IMG/VR virus record: IMGVR_UViG_3300027668_002455
Span: 96,001-160,000 of that record
Length of the DNA: 64,000 nucleotides
From: a virus
Strand: one strand, 5' to 3'
In this document: one piece after another, positions 1-9,476 of the stretch
Numbering within the stretch: position 1 is the first letter of the stretch
How the letters are laid out: the number at the start of each line of letters is the position of its first letter
Translations under genes and position numbers: made by a program
Notes under the pieces: generated by a model
Seen by the model: the letters and a program-made list of their open reading frames with translations, nothing else
The model's database searches: none
What the model was told of the DNA's origin: nothing

Positions 1-2
1 TT

Positions 3-2075
3 AATACTCTAAGCGGTAAGCTTGTAATTAAGGAGTGCGGAAAAATCGTGGGAGACCTAGAAGAGCAAGAAGTAAACAAAGTATCTAACATGATTCCTAA
101 AAAGTATGGAAACGTCAAAGATATTTACGAGGCATACAGCGAAAATAGCCTAACTGAAGACGGGGAAGATACCGGAGAAGCTCTCTTACCTGATTTCAGA
201 AACTGGTGTGATGAAAATCCACAGATTTTTAAAACCGCTTGTAAATTAAGGGGCTTAATTAAAAATAAAAGTGTCCACCCCTCAGCGGTTCTACTTTCTC
301 ATGAGGAGTTAGAAAATAATTGCCCGACTGAGCTTGACTCTGCCAAGGAAAGTCTCGTTTCATCCTATGATGCAACTTGGGTTTCCATGTTCAACGTAAA
401 ATTAGACATCCTAGGTTTACGGGGGGTGTCCGTTGTTGACCAAACTCTTAAAAACATAAAAGAGATTCACGGTAGAGACTTAAAGCAGCGTGAGATTTTA
501 AATAAATACGCTGACACTGAAAATTTATGGCGTCACCTTGACGACCTACGTCAGAGGCACGGCCTTTTTCACATCGAAGCAGATACCGCTTACAAGGTAT
601 GCCGAAAAGTAAAACCAGAAAGCGTAGATCAACTGAGTGCAGTTCTAGCTCTAGCTAGGCCGGGAGCAATTGATTTCACAGAGCAATATGCGGATGCAAT
701 CAATAACAATATAGATGTCAGCATTCACCCTTTCTTTGACGACATTTTGTCATCAACAGGCGGAGTAGCCCTTTATCAAGAGCAGCTAATGAAAATGGCT
801 CACAAGATGGGCTTTTCACTTGATGATGCTGAATTGCTACGTCGCATCGTGGGCAAAAAGAAGGTGAGCGAAGTTAAGAAGTGGCAAAAAAAAGTTCGGA
901 AGCTAGTTGAAAAAAACGAACAACTACAAGTTAAAAATAGCCTCGAAAAAGACGCTGGTGAAGTTTTTTGGAAAATTCTTGAGGACTCAGCTAATTACAG
1001 CTTTAACAAGTCCCACTCCATTTCCTATGCATCTCTATCAGCAGTAACCGTTTATTTAAAATTTAATTACCCAAAAGAGTTTTTCTTAAGCTTATTGAAG
1101 ATGACCAAGTATGAGCCAGATCCGATGACTGAAATTGCAAAAATACAAAAAGAATTGGATTGCTTTGGTATCAAATTATTACCTCCCCATATTTTAAAAT
1201 CTAAACAAGACTTTTCTATTGAAGGGGGTGACCTCCGATTCGGACTAAGTTCTATTCGTGGTGTGTCAGGAACCACAATGGAAAAAATTGATAACTTTCG
1301 TACAGATGAGGGCTACAAATCCCTAAATAAATTTGAGGTATTTTTAACTGCTAAAGAAGCTGGCATAAACATTGGAGTCCTTTCAGCACTGATCCAAGCT
1401 GGGGCACTTGAAGGCTTTAGCGCAACACGAACCAGACTTGTTTATGAAGCCCAAATGTGGAATCTTCTAACAGATCGAGAGAAACAATATATCTGTGCTA
1501 ATGACTTTAAAATTGCAAAAGAAAAAAAATTCGACCTTAGGGAAATTCTTTATTACTTAGATAAAGAAGCTAAGACAGACAAGGGTAAAAACTTCCTGCG
1601 AGAGACACGACTAAACACCCTTAGAAAAAAATCTGAACCTTATGCGGAAATCTTCAGAATGAATAGTAAAAATGAAGACCTCGCTAACTGGTATTATGAA
1701 AAACATTTTCTTGGGTATTCATATCATACAACTCTAGAAAAATTATTTAATATAAGACTAAACCTAAGGGACGTAGAAGAGTCGTTGGTAGATCGAACCG
1801 TAGAGTATGCGGGGTGGGTGGAAGAGTGTGCCAAGAAGAAATCAAAGAATGGAAACGCCTATCAACAACTCATCCTTTCTGATGAGAAGGCCGAAATGAG
1901 AACGATGATCTTTACAAAAAAGATGGAAGTTTGCGAAGAAAATAATGGTCGCCTCCCCAAAAAGGGAGACATAGTTATCGTAAATGGAACAAAGAAAGAT
2001 GGGGTAGTTTTTGCAAATACTATTGAAATTCCTAATGTAAAAATTTATACTAAATTATCAGATCTTAAGGGATGA
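3..2075 (+). CDS. dnaE: DNA polymerase III alpha subunit (family C), 5'-truncated by the window edge
   Basis: Frame is open from base 3 (NTLSGKLVIKECGKIVG). DnaE motifs: SVHPSAV, KLDILGL, ALARPG, LYQEQLM, LRRIVGKKK, YSFNKSH, RFGLSSIRGV, and a C-terminal OB-fold-like region. Confidence 0.95.
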   Translation, partial: NTLSGKLVIKECGKIVGDLEEQEVNKVSNMIPKKYGNVKDIYEAYSENSLTEDGEDTGEALLPDFRNWCDENPQIFKTACKLRGLIKNKSVHPSAVLLSHEELENNCPTELDSAKESLVSSYDATWVSMFNVKLDILGLRGVSVVDQTLKNIKEIHGRDLKQREILNKYADTENLWRHLDDLRQRHGLFHIEADTAYKVCRKVKPESVDQLSAVLALARPGAIDFTEQYADAINNNIDVSIHPFFDDILSSTGGVALYQEQLMKMAHKMGFSLDDAELLRRIVGKKKVSEVKKWQKKVRKLVEKNEQLQVKNSLEKDAGEVFWKILEDSANYSFNKSHSISYASLSAVTVYLKFNYPKEFFLSLLKMTKYEPDPMTEIAKIQKELDCFGIKLLPPHILKSKQDFSIEGGDLRFGLSSIRGVSGTTMEKIDNFRTDEGYKSLNKFEVFLTAKEAGINIGVLSALIQAGALEGFSATRTRLVYEAQMWNLLTDREKQYICANDFKIAKEKKFDLREILYYLDKEAKTDKGKNFLRETRLNTLRKKSEPYAEIFRMNSKNEDLANWYYEKHFLGYSYHTTLEKLFNIRLNLRDVEESLVDRTVEYAGWVEECAKKKSKNGNAYQQLILSDEKAEMRTMIFTKKMEVCEENNGRLPKKGDIVIVNGTKKDGVVFANTIEIPNVKIYTKLSDLKG

Positions 2076-2977
2076 GATTTCTTGTTACAGGAGGAGCGGG
2101 ATTCATTGGGAGTAATATAGTTGATACTCTCTTACATTACCCCAATAATGTAGCGTGTATCGACAATGAATCCGCTGATAGCAATTCCGAATTTTATTGG
2201 AATAAAAATGCAAAAAATTATCCCATAGATATCAATGACTACGATGCCCTTAAGTGGGTATTTAAACACGAAAAGCCAGAAGTTGTATTTCACACCGCAG
2301 CTGAAGCACGGATTCAACCTACGATTGATGAGCCTCAAAAAGCGTGTCTAACCAACTTCGTAGGAACTTGTAATGTTTTACAAGCGTGTCGTGAATTTGG
2401 GGCGAGAAGACTCATATACTCCTCGACCTCTTCAGCTTATGGTCTAAAAAGTATTCCTCCGCTTCAAGAAGATATGCCTAGGGACTGCCTAAATCCTTAT
2501 TCAGTCTCTAAATCTGCTGGAGAAGACTTGTGTAAAGTATATTATAAAATATATGGTATCGAAACAGTTATTTTAAGATATTTTAATGTATACGGAAATC
2601 GGGAGCCCACAGAGGGTCAATATGCCCCCGTTATTGGTCTCTTCCTTAGGCAAAAGAGAGAGGGTTTGCCTATGACTATCGTGGGTGACGGCAAACAAAC
2701 CAGAGACTTCACCAATGTTAAGGACGTTGTAGACGCTAACATCCTCGCTGCCTTAGGCAATAGTAAGGAACTTCTTGGGGAAGTATTAAATATTGGAACG
2801 GGGCGTAGCTACTCAATCTTAGAAATCTCTCAGATGATTGGGGGAAAAACTACCCATCTCCCAGAGAGACTCGGGGAAGCTCGAGAAACTCTAGCTGATA
2901 ACTCTAAAGCAAAAAAATTAATGGGCTGGGAACCCAAGGTAGACTTAAAAAGCTATTTAAAAAATCTTGACTTTTAA
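2072..2977 (+). CDS. NAD-dependent nucleotide-sugar epimerase/dehydratase (extended SDR)
   Basis: TGGAGFIG Rossmann motif, catalytic YSVSK, LRYFNVYG, GDGKQTRDF. ATGA overlap with dnaE. Confidence 0.93.
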   Translation: MRFLVTGGAGFIGSNIVDTLLHYPNNVACIDNESADSNSEFYWNKNAKNYPIDINDYDALKWVFKHEKPEVVFHTAAEARIQPTIDEPQKACLTNFVGTCNVLQACREFGARRLIYSSTSSAYGLKSIPPLQEDMPRDCLNPYSVSKSAGEDLCKVYYKIYGIETVILRYFNVYGNREPTEGQYAPVIGLFLRQKREGLPMTIVGDGKQTRDFTNVKDVVDANILAALGNSKELLGEVLNIGTGRSYSILEISQMIGGKTTHLPERLGEARETLADNSKAKKLMGWEPKVDLKSYLKNLDF

Positions 2978-2994
2978 TCAATAAACACTAAAAT
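2967..2994 (+). promoter_or_regulatory. sigma70-type promoter, probably giving a leaderless mRNA
   Basis: TTGACT (2967-2972), 16 nt, TAAAAT (2989-2994). ATG at 3001 follows after 6 nt with no SD. Confidence 0.6.
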
Positions 2995-3000
2995 AAATAT

Positions 3001-3549
3001 ATGATACAATTCTATAAACCGAATAAGTCTGTAACGGGAAATGCCTGTTCTTTCTGGCTAAACAGAGATGGCTCTATTATGTCATCCATGATCAAACAAG
3101 ACTCTTGGAACGAACAAAAAAGAGTAGGCTCATTTAGCAAAAATAAAGACAACCCCCAAAAAAGAGTAATTACTAAACTCAGTCGAGTTGAGGTCGCCGG
3201 AATCATTGATTCTATTGAGACTAATCGAGAGTTCTCTGCATACCATCGAAGCCAAAAGCAGGTTCTCCAAATTAAATTTTGCCCCTATATGAGGGAGGGT
3301 AAACAAGTCGGGTTTTCCTTTTCTATTAATAAACAGGATGTAGAAGACTCGACTAATAAAAGTTCTTTTGTAATTGGCTTTTATTTTCCAGAAGCCCGCT
3401 TGCTTCGTCACGATCTCGAAAGTTTTCTAGACAAAACGCTGAGTACGCAGGATTATACCCAAGAGCAAAAGCCGAGTGCACCCAAGGAGACTAAAGAGCC
3501 CAGCCAAGAAGACTCGGGAAGTCCGTTTGAAAATAGTGAAATTTTTTAA
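3001..3549 (+). CDS. Putative ssDNA-binding protein, Whirly/PC4-like fold with acidic C-terminal tail
   Basis: KRVITKLSRVEVAGII...FSAYH...QIKFCP...GFSFSINKQ...FVIGFYFPEARLL parallels the Whirly pattern. Ends in DSGSPFENSEIF. Lies in the replication region. Confidence 0.55.
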   Translation: MIQFYKPNKSVTGNACSFWLNRDGSIMSSMIKQDSWNEQKRVGSFSKNKDNPQKRVITKLSRVEVAGIIDSIETNREFSAYHRSQKQVLQIKFCPYMREGKQVGFSFSINKQDVEDSTNKSSFVIGFYFPEARLLRHDLESFLDKTLSTQDYTQEQKPSAPKETKEPSQEDSGSPFENSEIF

Positions 3550-5468
3550 TGTCTAAAAAGAAAAAAATAGTTTTTCAAAGCGACTACGCTTTGGCTAAAA
3601 CCGGTTTTGGAAGAAATGCCAAGGCGATTTTATCTTATTTATATAAAACAAATAAATATGATATCGTCCATTACTGCTGTGGCATGAATTGGTCTAATCC
3701 CGAACTTAAACGAACTCCTTGGAAATCGGTTGGTTGTCTTCCTGACAACCCCCAAGAAATCCAGCACCTTAACCGAGATCCCGGACTAGCTAGGTCTGCT
3801 AATTATGGCTCTCACTATCTTGATCGCATAATTGAAGAAGAAGAACCTGATATTTATATTGCAGTTCAAGATATTTGGGGGGTTGATTTTGCTGTGGGGC
3901 GACGCTGGTTTAAAAAAATTAATTCCATAATTTGGACCACCCTTGACTCTCTGCCGATTTTACCAACTGCCACTGACAGGGCATCTGAAATTGAAAATTA
4001 TTGGATATGGAGCAATTTCGCCACTAAGGAGATGCACAAGCTCGGTCACAAACATGTCAAAACCGTTCATGGTGCAGTTGAGGATAGTTGCTTCTTTAGA
4101 ATTGAAGATGAAAAGCGTCAACAGCTAAGAAGTAAATTTAATATTTCCCCAGATACTTTTGTAGTTGGATTTGTTTTTCGAAATCAATTAAGAAAATCTG
4201 TTCCTAATTTATTAGAGGGTTATAAATTATGGAAAACAAAAAGTAAAATTAAATCCCCCACCAAACTGCTTCTTCATACCCACTTTGGAGAGGGGTGGGG
4301 TATTATGAAGCTCGCAAAAGAATATGGTATCCCCGAGTCCGAAATCCTTACAACTTATGTGTGTAAAGACTGTGGGAATTACGAGGTTAAAAGCTTCACA
4401 GGTCAAGATTTAACCTGTCCTTCATGTGGTTCTGAAAAAGGACAAATTACTACCAATGTAAATACGGGTGTTACAGAAAAAGAATTAAATGAAGTCTATA
4501 ACTTAATGGACGTATATTGTCACCCATTCACTTCGGGCGGTCAAGAAATTCCTATACAAGAAGCAAAGTTTGCTGAGCTTGTAACCCTAGTGACCGACTA
4601 TAGCTGTGGGGAAGAGATGTGCGAGGATGAGGCTTACTCGTTACCCCTCGAGTGGACAGAATACAGAGAGCATGGCACAGAGTTTATTAAAGCTTCTACC
4701 TCTCCCCTTTCAATCTCTAAAAATCTACAAACTGTTTTCACCATGAAACCAGAAAGACGGTTAGAATGGGGGAGGAAGGCTCGCGAGTGGGCTCTTAAAA
4801 ACTTTTCCACTAGTGCCGTGGGTAAAATTATTGAAGATCAACTCGATAATATGCCCATAATCAAATATGATTTTTCTTTTGAAGAGGAAACTAAGAATCC
4901 AAACGCTGAATTAAAAGATATTGCGGGTGACTCCGAGTGGTTAGTCCATGTATATAAAGAGATTTTAAAAATGGACGTTGATGATCAAGATAGTGGTCAT
5001 CAATACTGGATGCAGGAAATTGAAAAAAAGGTTACCCGCGCAACTATTGTGGACTATTTTCGCAGGGTGGCAATACAAGATAATCAAAAAAATCAAAAAG
5101 TTGAGTTTTCTGAAGTTCTAGATAAAGACGATGAAGGAAAAAGGCTTTTATATGTAATGCCCGAGAGTATTGGTGATATATACCTTTCCACAAGCCTTTT
5201 TAAATCTGCAAAAGAACTTTATCCAGATTATAATCTATATGTAGCTGTTAAAGAGCAGTATTTTGACATTCTGGACGGTAATCCTTTTGTTCATAAGGTT
5301 ATCCCTTACATCCCTCAAATGGACAGCCTACCTTGGTTAGAGGGTCAGGGGAAAAATAAAGGGTTCTTTGAAATTGCATTCTTGCCCTACGGAACGACCC
5401 AGAAGTTCTTAACCTATCTTCACAATGGGAAAGATAAAATTGCCTACAAAGACTATAAATACGATTAA
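3549..5468 (+). CDS. Multidomain glycosyltransferase: GT4 with zinc ribbon, DUF4214-like helices, and the N-terminal half of a GT9
   Basis: GT4: TGFGR, RNQLRKS, YNLMDVYCHPFTSGGQEIPIQEA. Zinc ribbon: CKDC...CPSC. DUF4214-like: WLVHVYKEIL...DSGHQYW. GT9 N-domain: LYVMPESIGDIYLSTSLFKSAKELYPD...ILDGNPFVHKV. Confidence 0.85.
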   Translation: MSKKKKIVFQSDYALAKTGFGRNAKAILSYLYKTNKYDIVHYCCGMNWSNPELKRTPWKSVGCLPDNPQEIQHLNRDPGLARSANYGSHYLDRIIEEEEPDIYIAVQDIWGVDFAVGRRWFKKINSIIWTTLDSLPILPTATDRASEIENYWIWSNFATKEMHKLGHKHVKTVHGAVEDSCFFRIEDEKRQQLRSKFNISPDTFVVGFVFRNQLRKSVPNLLEGYKLWKTKSKIKSPTKLLLHTHFGEGWGIMKLAKEYGIPESEILTTYVCKDCGNYEVKSFTGQDLTCPSCGSEKGQITTNVNTGVTEKELNEVYNLMDVYCHPFTSGGQEIPIQEAKFAELVTLVTDYSCGEEMCEDEAYSLPLEWTEYREHGTEFIKASTSPLSISKNLQTVFTMKPERRLEWGRKAREWALKNFSTSAVGKIIEDQLDNMPIIKYDFSFEEETKNPNAELKDIAGDSEWLVHVYKEILKMDVDDQDSGHQYWMQEIEKKVTRATIVDYFRRVAIQDNQKNQKVEFSEVLDKDDEGKRLLYVMPESIGDIYLSTSLFKSAKELYPDYNLYVAVKEQYFDILDGNPFVHKVIPYIPQMDSLPWLEGQGKNKGFFEIAFLPYGTTQKFLTYLHNGKDKIAYKDYKYD

Positions 5469-5470
5469 TC

Positions 5471-6655
5471 ATGCACCTTGTTGAAACATATGCTTTAAAC
5501 TGTGGCCTTAAAATAGATAAGCCATATATTATCGAAAAATTTTTTCCATTAGACACGGAAAGATTTATCACGTTGCACCCGAACAGTAAATACCCCTCAA
5601 AATGCTACGACTACTGGCAGGACGTGGTGGATATCTTGCTTCCGGTGTTGGAAAAAGAAGACATTAAAATTCTACAGATAGGCGTTAAAGAGGATATACC
5701 CCTTAGGGGGTGCTTGCACTCTCAGGGGCAAGCAAATCTAAATCAAACTGCTTATTTTTTATCGAAATGCATGCTTCATCTTGGGGTAGATAGCTTTCCT
5801 GCCCATGTGGCATCTGGATTTGATAAAAAAATAGTGTGCCTTTACTCTAATAATTATGCTGCCAACTGCAGCCCGTACTGGAGCCGACAAGAAGACATAG
5901 CTCTCTTTGAACCTCTTCGAGAAAATGGAGAAAAACCTTCTTTTTCTGCCGAGGAAGACCCTAAGAGCATAAACGAATTTAACCCAGAAGATATTACTGA
6001 AGCGGTTTTAAATCTTTTAAATATTAAAAGTAATAAAAATTTAAAAACGATCAGAAAGGGGTCCTTTTATAATCATTCGATAGTAGAACTGGTACCGGAC
6101 TGCGTAGCTAATATAAGCTCAATGAATATTGAGTCTATCATTGTAAGGATGGATTTAGAATTTAATGAGGAGGCGTTAGCCACCCAGCTTTCGATGGGAA
6201 AATGCTCCATCATTACCACAAAACCCATAAAATTTGAGATTTTAAATCAATTTAAAGAAAATATAAAAGAATTTGTATATTTTGTAGAAGAGGATCATGA
6301 TCCGACATTTATATCAGAGGTGGTAAAAATTGGTTTCCCAGTTATTTTGATGAGCGAGATGGAGGAGAAAAAGATCGAAGAAGCTAAAATTCATTATATG
6401 GATTTTGGTGTCATTCAAATCCCGCCCACGGCTCTTGAGGAAGACATTCAAGAAATAAAAAACCAAAAAGATAAAAATCTTTTTTATAAATCCAAAAGAG
6501 TATTAATTAGCAAGGGAAAAACTTATAAATCTGAAGCCGCATGGAAAAAGGGAGTCCCCAGTGATCCAAATGACCCCTCTCCGCTGCCTATTATTGATAG
6601 CCCTGAATTCTGGGAAGCTCTGGATGAATATTACATTCTAGCAAAGAAAACTTGA
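5471..6655 (+). CDS. GT9 (heptosyltransferase-like) C-terminal domain plus an unknown domain
   Basis: HLVETY linker, ITLHPNSKYPSKCY, ILQIG, LNQTAYFL, HLGVDSFPAHVASGFDKKIVCLY (GT9 DS..H.A motif). Confidence 0.8.
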   Translation: MHLVETYALNCGLKIDKPYIIEKFFPLDTERFITLHPNSKYPSKCYDYWQDVVDILLPVLEKEDIKILQIGVKEDIPLRGCLHSQGQANLNQTAYFLSKCMLHLGVDSFPAHVASGFDKKIVCLYSNNYAANCSPYWSRQEDIALFEPLRENGEKPSFSAEEDPKSINEFNPEDITEAVLNLLNIKSNKNLKTIRKGSFYNHSIVELVPDCVANISSMNIESIIVRMDLEFNEEALATQLSMGKCSIITTKPIKFEILNQFKENIKEFVYFVEEDHDPTFISEVVKIGFPVILMSEMEEKKIEEAKIHYMDFGVIQIPPTALEEDIQEIKNQKDKNLFYKSKRVLISKGKTYKSEAAWKKGVPSDPNDPSPLPIIDSPEFWEALDEYYILAKKT

Positions 6656-6680
6656 CAAAGAGATTAAAAAGAGCTACCCT
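6652..6680 (+). promoter_or_regulatory. sigma70-type promoter, probably giving a leaderless mRNA
   Basis: TTGACA (6652-6657), 17 nt, TACCCT (6675-6680). ATG at 6687 follows after 6 nt. Confidence 0.55.
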
Positions 6681-6686
6681 TTGTAT

Positions 6687-7421
6687 ATGGTAGCTAAGAA
6701 AAAATCAAAGTGTACTCCTCCGAAACTTATTACACGCAATGAGTATGGCTTAATTGAAGACGTTGATTACATTTTCAATGAGGATGGTTTTATCGATTGG
6801 CGCTCGATGCTAAAAGACAAATGGCTTTATCCCAATCCAAGCAAAAAACTTAATACAAGTGAAGTTTCTAAGCTTCAAGACCGTGACCTTTGCATCCTTT
6901 TAGGCGGCATAAAAGAACTTGCCCAGATTCGTGGCTTCACGAATGTAAGATATTCCCTCCATAGCCCCTCCTCGGATTATGTGGTTGCTTCTTGTGAAAT
7001 AACTTGGATTCCAAATTATGAGACCGAAGGTAGCGACGTCGTATTTACATCCGTAGGAGATGCTGGACCACATAATACTCACGGCTTTGGTCAGAGTTTC
7101 CTTGGGCCTATCGCGGAGAACAGAGCTTTTGTTCGCTGCGTTCGTAACTTTCTAAAAATTAATGTTGTCGCCCAAGACGAGATTGCAGTTAATCCAACGG
7201 CCCCACAAAGAGCCCAAGCGGAGACTACAACTATAGACATTTCTGATCCAAAAGCCCTTCTGTCTAAGCTTATGGGTGAAAAAAATATCAATTTCACCCA
7301 AATAAAAACAAAACTAGAAAAAGAAGATTACCCTAACGCAGAAGACTTTTCCTCAGTAAGTGATATTCCCAATATCAAGATATTTGAATTATTAGATAGA
7401 ATCCAAAAAATTAAGATTTAG
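6687..7421 (+). CDS. Putative single-strand annealing protein (Rad52/Sak-like)
   Basis: VVASCEITW...FTSVGDA...IAENRAFVRCVRNFLKINVVAQDEI matches the AE.RA..R..R helix of Rad52-superfamily annealases. ATG 6687 preferred over TTG 6681. Confidence 0.55.
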   Translation: MVAKKKSKCTPPKLITRNEYGLIEDVDYIFNEDGFIDWRSMLKDKWLYPNPSKKLNTSEVSKLQDRDLCILLGGIKELAQIRGFTNVRYSLHSPSSDYVVASCEITWIPNYETEGSDVVFTSVGDAGPHNTHGFGQSFLGPIAENRAFVRCVRNFLKINVVAQDEIAVNPTAPQRAQAETTTIDISDPKALLSKLMGEKNINFTQIKTKLEKEDYPNAEDFSSVSDIPNIKIFELLDRIQKIKI

Positions 7422-7746
7422 GAAAGTCTTCCTTTGTCTTCATTATAAAATCATTTAATTCATTTAATTTTTCTGGCCTACCCATAGCATTTTCGGTGAT
7501 GGCTTCGAACTGCTTTGTGATGGGCCAGTGCTCAATAATCTGTGACTGTCTCATGTCCACCGCGCGCTCATCGGCTATTTCAGTTTGAACCCCTCCGTCT
7601 TCGCTGTGTGCTATAAGCTCTTCGTAAGATGGTTTGGGGATACTGTTTTCTGGAGACCACTCCAAAGTACCATAGTCATTATTTTTTATAGACCATTGAT
7701 ATTCGCTATATTTATGTGCTAGGATGTCTTCTATATCGGGATTCAT
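7411..7746 (-). CDS. Tail fibre-associated small protein (XkdW/fibre assembly-like)
   Basis: LEW.PENSIPKPSYEEL and WPITKQFEA...KEDFPK, typical of small genes directly downstream of fibre genes. Confidence 0.55.
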   Translation of the reverse strand: MNPDIEDILAHKYSEYQWSIKNNDYGTLEWSPENSIPKPSYEELIAHSEDGGVQTEIADERAVDMRQSQIIEHWPITKQFEAITENAMGRPEKLNELNDFIMKTKEDFPKS

Positions 7747-7747
7747 T

Positions 7748-9475
7748 TTACCACCTTGATCCTGTTGGGTGAGGTTTAATTTCTGATATCAGAAACGATG
7801 AAACAGCCGCATCACCTAGGTAGCCCGATGCGTAAGGATATATATCTGGCCATGACTGCATTCTATTTATATATAAAATTGGACTATAACCCCGCGTCTT
7901 TCTTCGCCCTACCCTTATTTTATAAGTGTGAAGGTCCGTGTCTTCAGCCCTATGAAAGTACTTCATATTAAAAACGTCCGAAGCATTATTAGTAAAAATG
8001 GTTTGGTTCCACGCCCTTATCGGGTTTGCCTCGCTATCTCTAAAAATAGATACAGTAGCATTGCAAATTTCTTTAGCACTTAAATTAAGTTCGGTATCTA
8101 GTATTAAATAATTTCCAATTTCCTGTGCCGTATAATTTATATTAAAAATTTCCAACCCGTCACTTTGAGTAGGATTGGGTGGGACAATTTCTGAAGTTAA
8201 ATATCTATCGGTAAAATTAATACCAGAAATATTTAAACTTTTCATGGTCATTGCGCCTGACACACTCCCAGTTATTCTTAGATCAGAAACAAATATACCA
8301 TCACCTGTAGCCGTAAGAAGCCCAAACACTTCAAGACCAGAAATATTAACTTGTCCCGAAAAAGTTTTTAAGCCAGAAATGACTTGATCTCCGGTAGTCA
8401 TAACTACCTGAGTAGGATCTACATTAATAACCTGCTTTGAGTCGCCACTCCAAATAAACTCATTTAACCCAACACCACCTGTAATATACCCACTTACAGA
8501 ATTCGCTGCGCCGCTTTTTATATTGGAACCCGCGAAACCAAAAGATACCTTATCAGGGGTAATCCCATTGTTCATAACAGTAAACACAGCTAAATCATCC
8601 CCGCTTACGCCCGTGAATCCAATTGTGTCATCATCTACGGCAACACCTAAATTTATTGTTTCCCCTAAAAATATGCGTCCACTTTGCATATTGTAACCGG
8701 CTAGAACGTGATCTCCTGAAACAGTATGAAATTTACCAGTTAAGCCGACAGAGGCGTTGAAATCAACGAATCCAGCACCAGTATGCATAAATATGCCCGT
8801 ATCTACATTAACAGCGTCTTCTGTTATATGAACCCCTGTTCCCTCACCGACATCGAATCTTCTACTAAGAGTTACATCACCACCGCCTAGTAACCCAGAC
8901 CCCGCTATCATTAAAACACCACCGGGGTTATACTGACCAGTGGTTCCGGTGGGGTCAATTTGACGCTGAAAGACATTTCCATTTCCGTCAACAGCCAAGA
9001 AGCCAGTCAGGATATTATTGACGGGGGGATTTAAATATACTAATCCCGCGTGACTTAGTGCTGGGGTTGCGCCCTGAATAGATCCTGAAATACCTAGGTC
9101 GCCAGTAATAGTTAAATTTCCTGTAATTACAACCTCTTCACAGTTGTGAATGCACGGGGCGCTTGAAACCACCTCAAAAGGATAATAAGTTCCCGTACTG
9201 CGCGTATTCATGACCTCGAGAGTCATAAATGCTTCGGGGCTAATATCCGGAAGAGTGCCCGTTACCACACAATAGCCACCATTATGCCCAAACCCTGTAA
9301 CAAATGGAATATTATAAGAGCATCCGCCACAAGTGTCAGACGCTCTGACCCCTGTGGCCGAACACACTCCAGATCCCGTAACCAAAAATTTTCCCCCCGT
9401 GGGGACAATGGTCGGGCTTATTCCTGATACAAAAATATCAGGCTCGTACGTAAAATGAAAACCACCATGTGCCAT
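7748..9475 (-). CDS. Tail fibre protein with N-terminal IPT/Ig-like domain
   Basis: VSGISPTIVPTGGKFLVTGSG (IPT-like start), GSGLLGGGD and TTGDQVISGLKTFSG fibre motifs, C-terminal beta-sandwich tip. Confidence 0.7.
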   Translation of the reverse strand: MAHGGFHFTYEPDIFVSGISPTIVPTGGKFLVTGSGVCSATGVRASDTCGGCSYNIPFVTGFGHNGGYCVVTGTLPDISPEAFMTLEVMNTRSTGTYYPFEVVSSAPCIHNCEEVVITGNLTITGDLGISGSIQGATPALSHAGLVYLNPPVNNILTGFLAVDGNGNVFQRQIDPTGTTGQYNPGGVLMIAGSGLLGGGDVTLSRRFDVGEGTGVHITEDAVNVDTGIFMHTGAGFVDFNASVGLTGKFHTVSGDHVLAGYNMQSGRIFLGETINLGVAVDDDTIGFTGVSGDDLAVFTVMNNGITPDKVSFGFAGSNIKSGAANSVSGYITGGVGLNEFIWSGDSKQVINVDPTQVVMTTGDQVISGLKTFSGQVNISGLEVFGLLTATGDGIFVSDLRITGSVSGAMTMKSLNISGINFTDRYLTSEIVPPNPTQSDGLEIFNINYTAQEIGNYLILDTELNLSAKEICNATVSIFRDSEANPIRAWNQTIFTNNASDVFNMKYFHRAEDTDLHTYKIRVGRRKTRGYSPILYINRMQSWPDIYPYASGYLGDAAVSSFLISEIKPHPTGSRW

Positions 9476-9476
9476 A

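Noticed and set aside
3-2075. Intein or intron in dnaE
   Set aside because: Conserved motifs are normally spaced, with no splice-junction or homing-endonuclease motifs in the visible part.
5450-5473. Programmed frameshift joining the two GT9 halves
   Set aside because: The downstream frame has TAA at 5456-5458, leaving only four shared codons and no slippery sequence.
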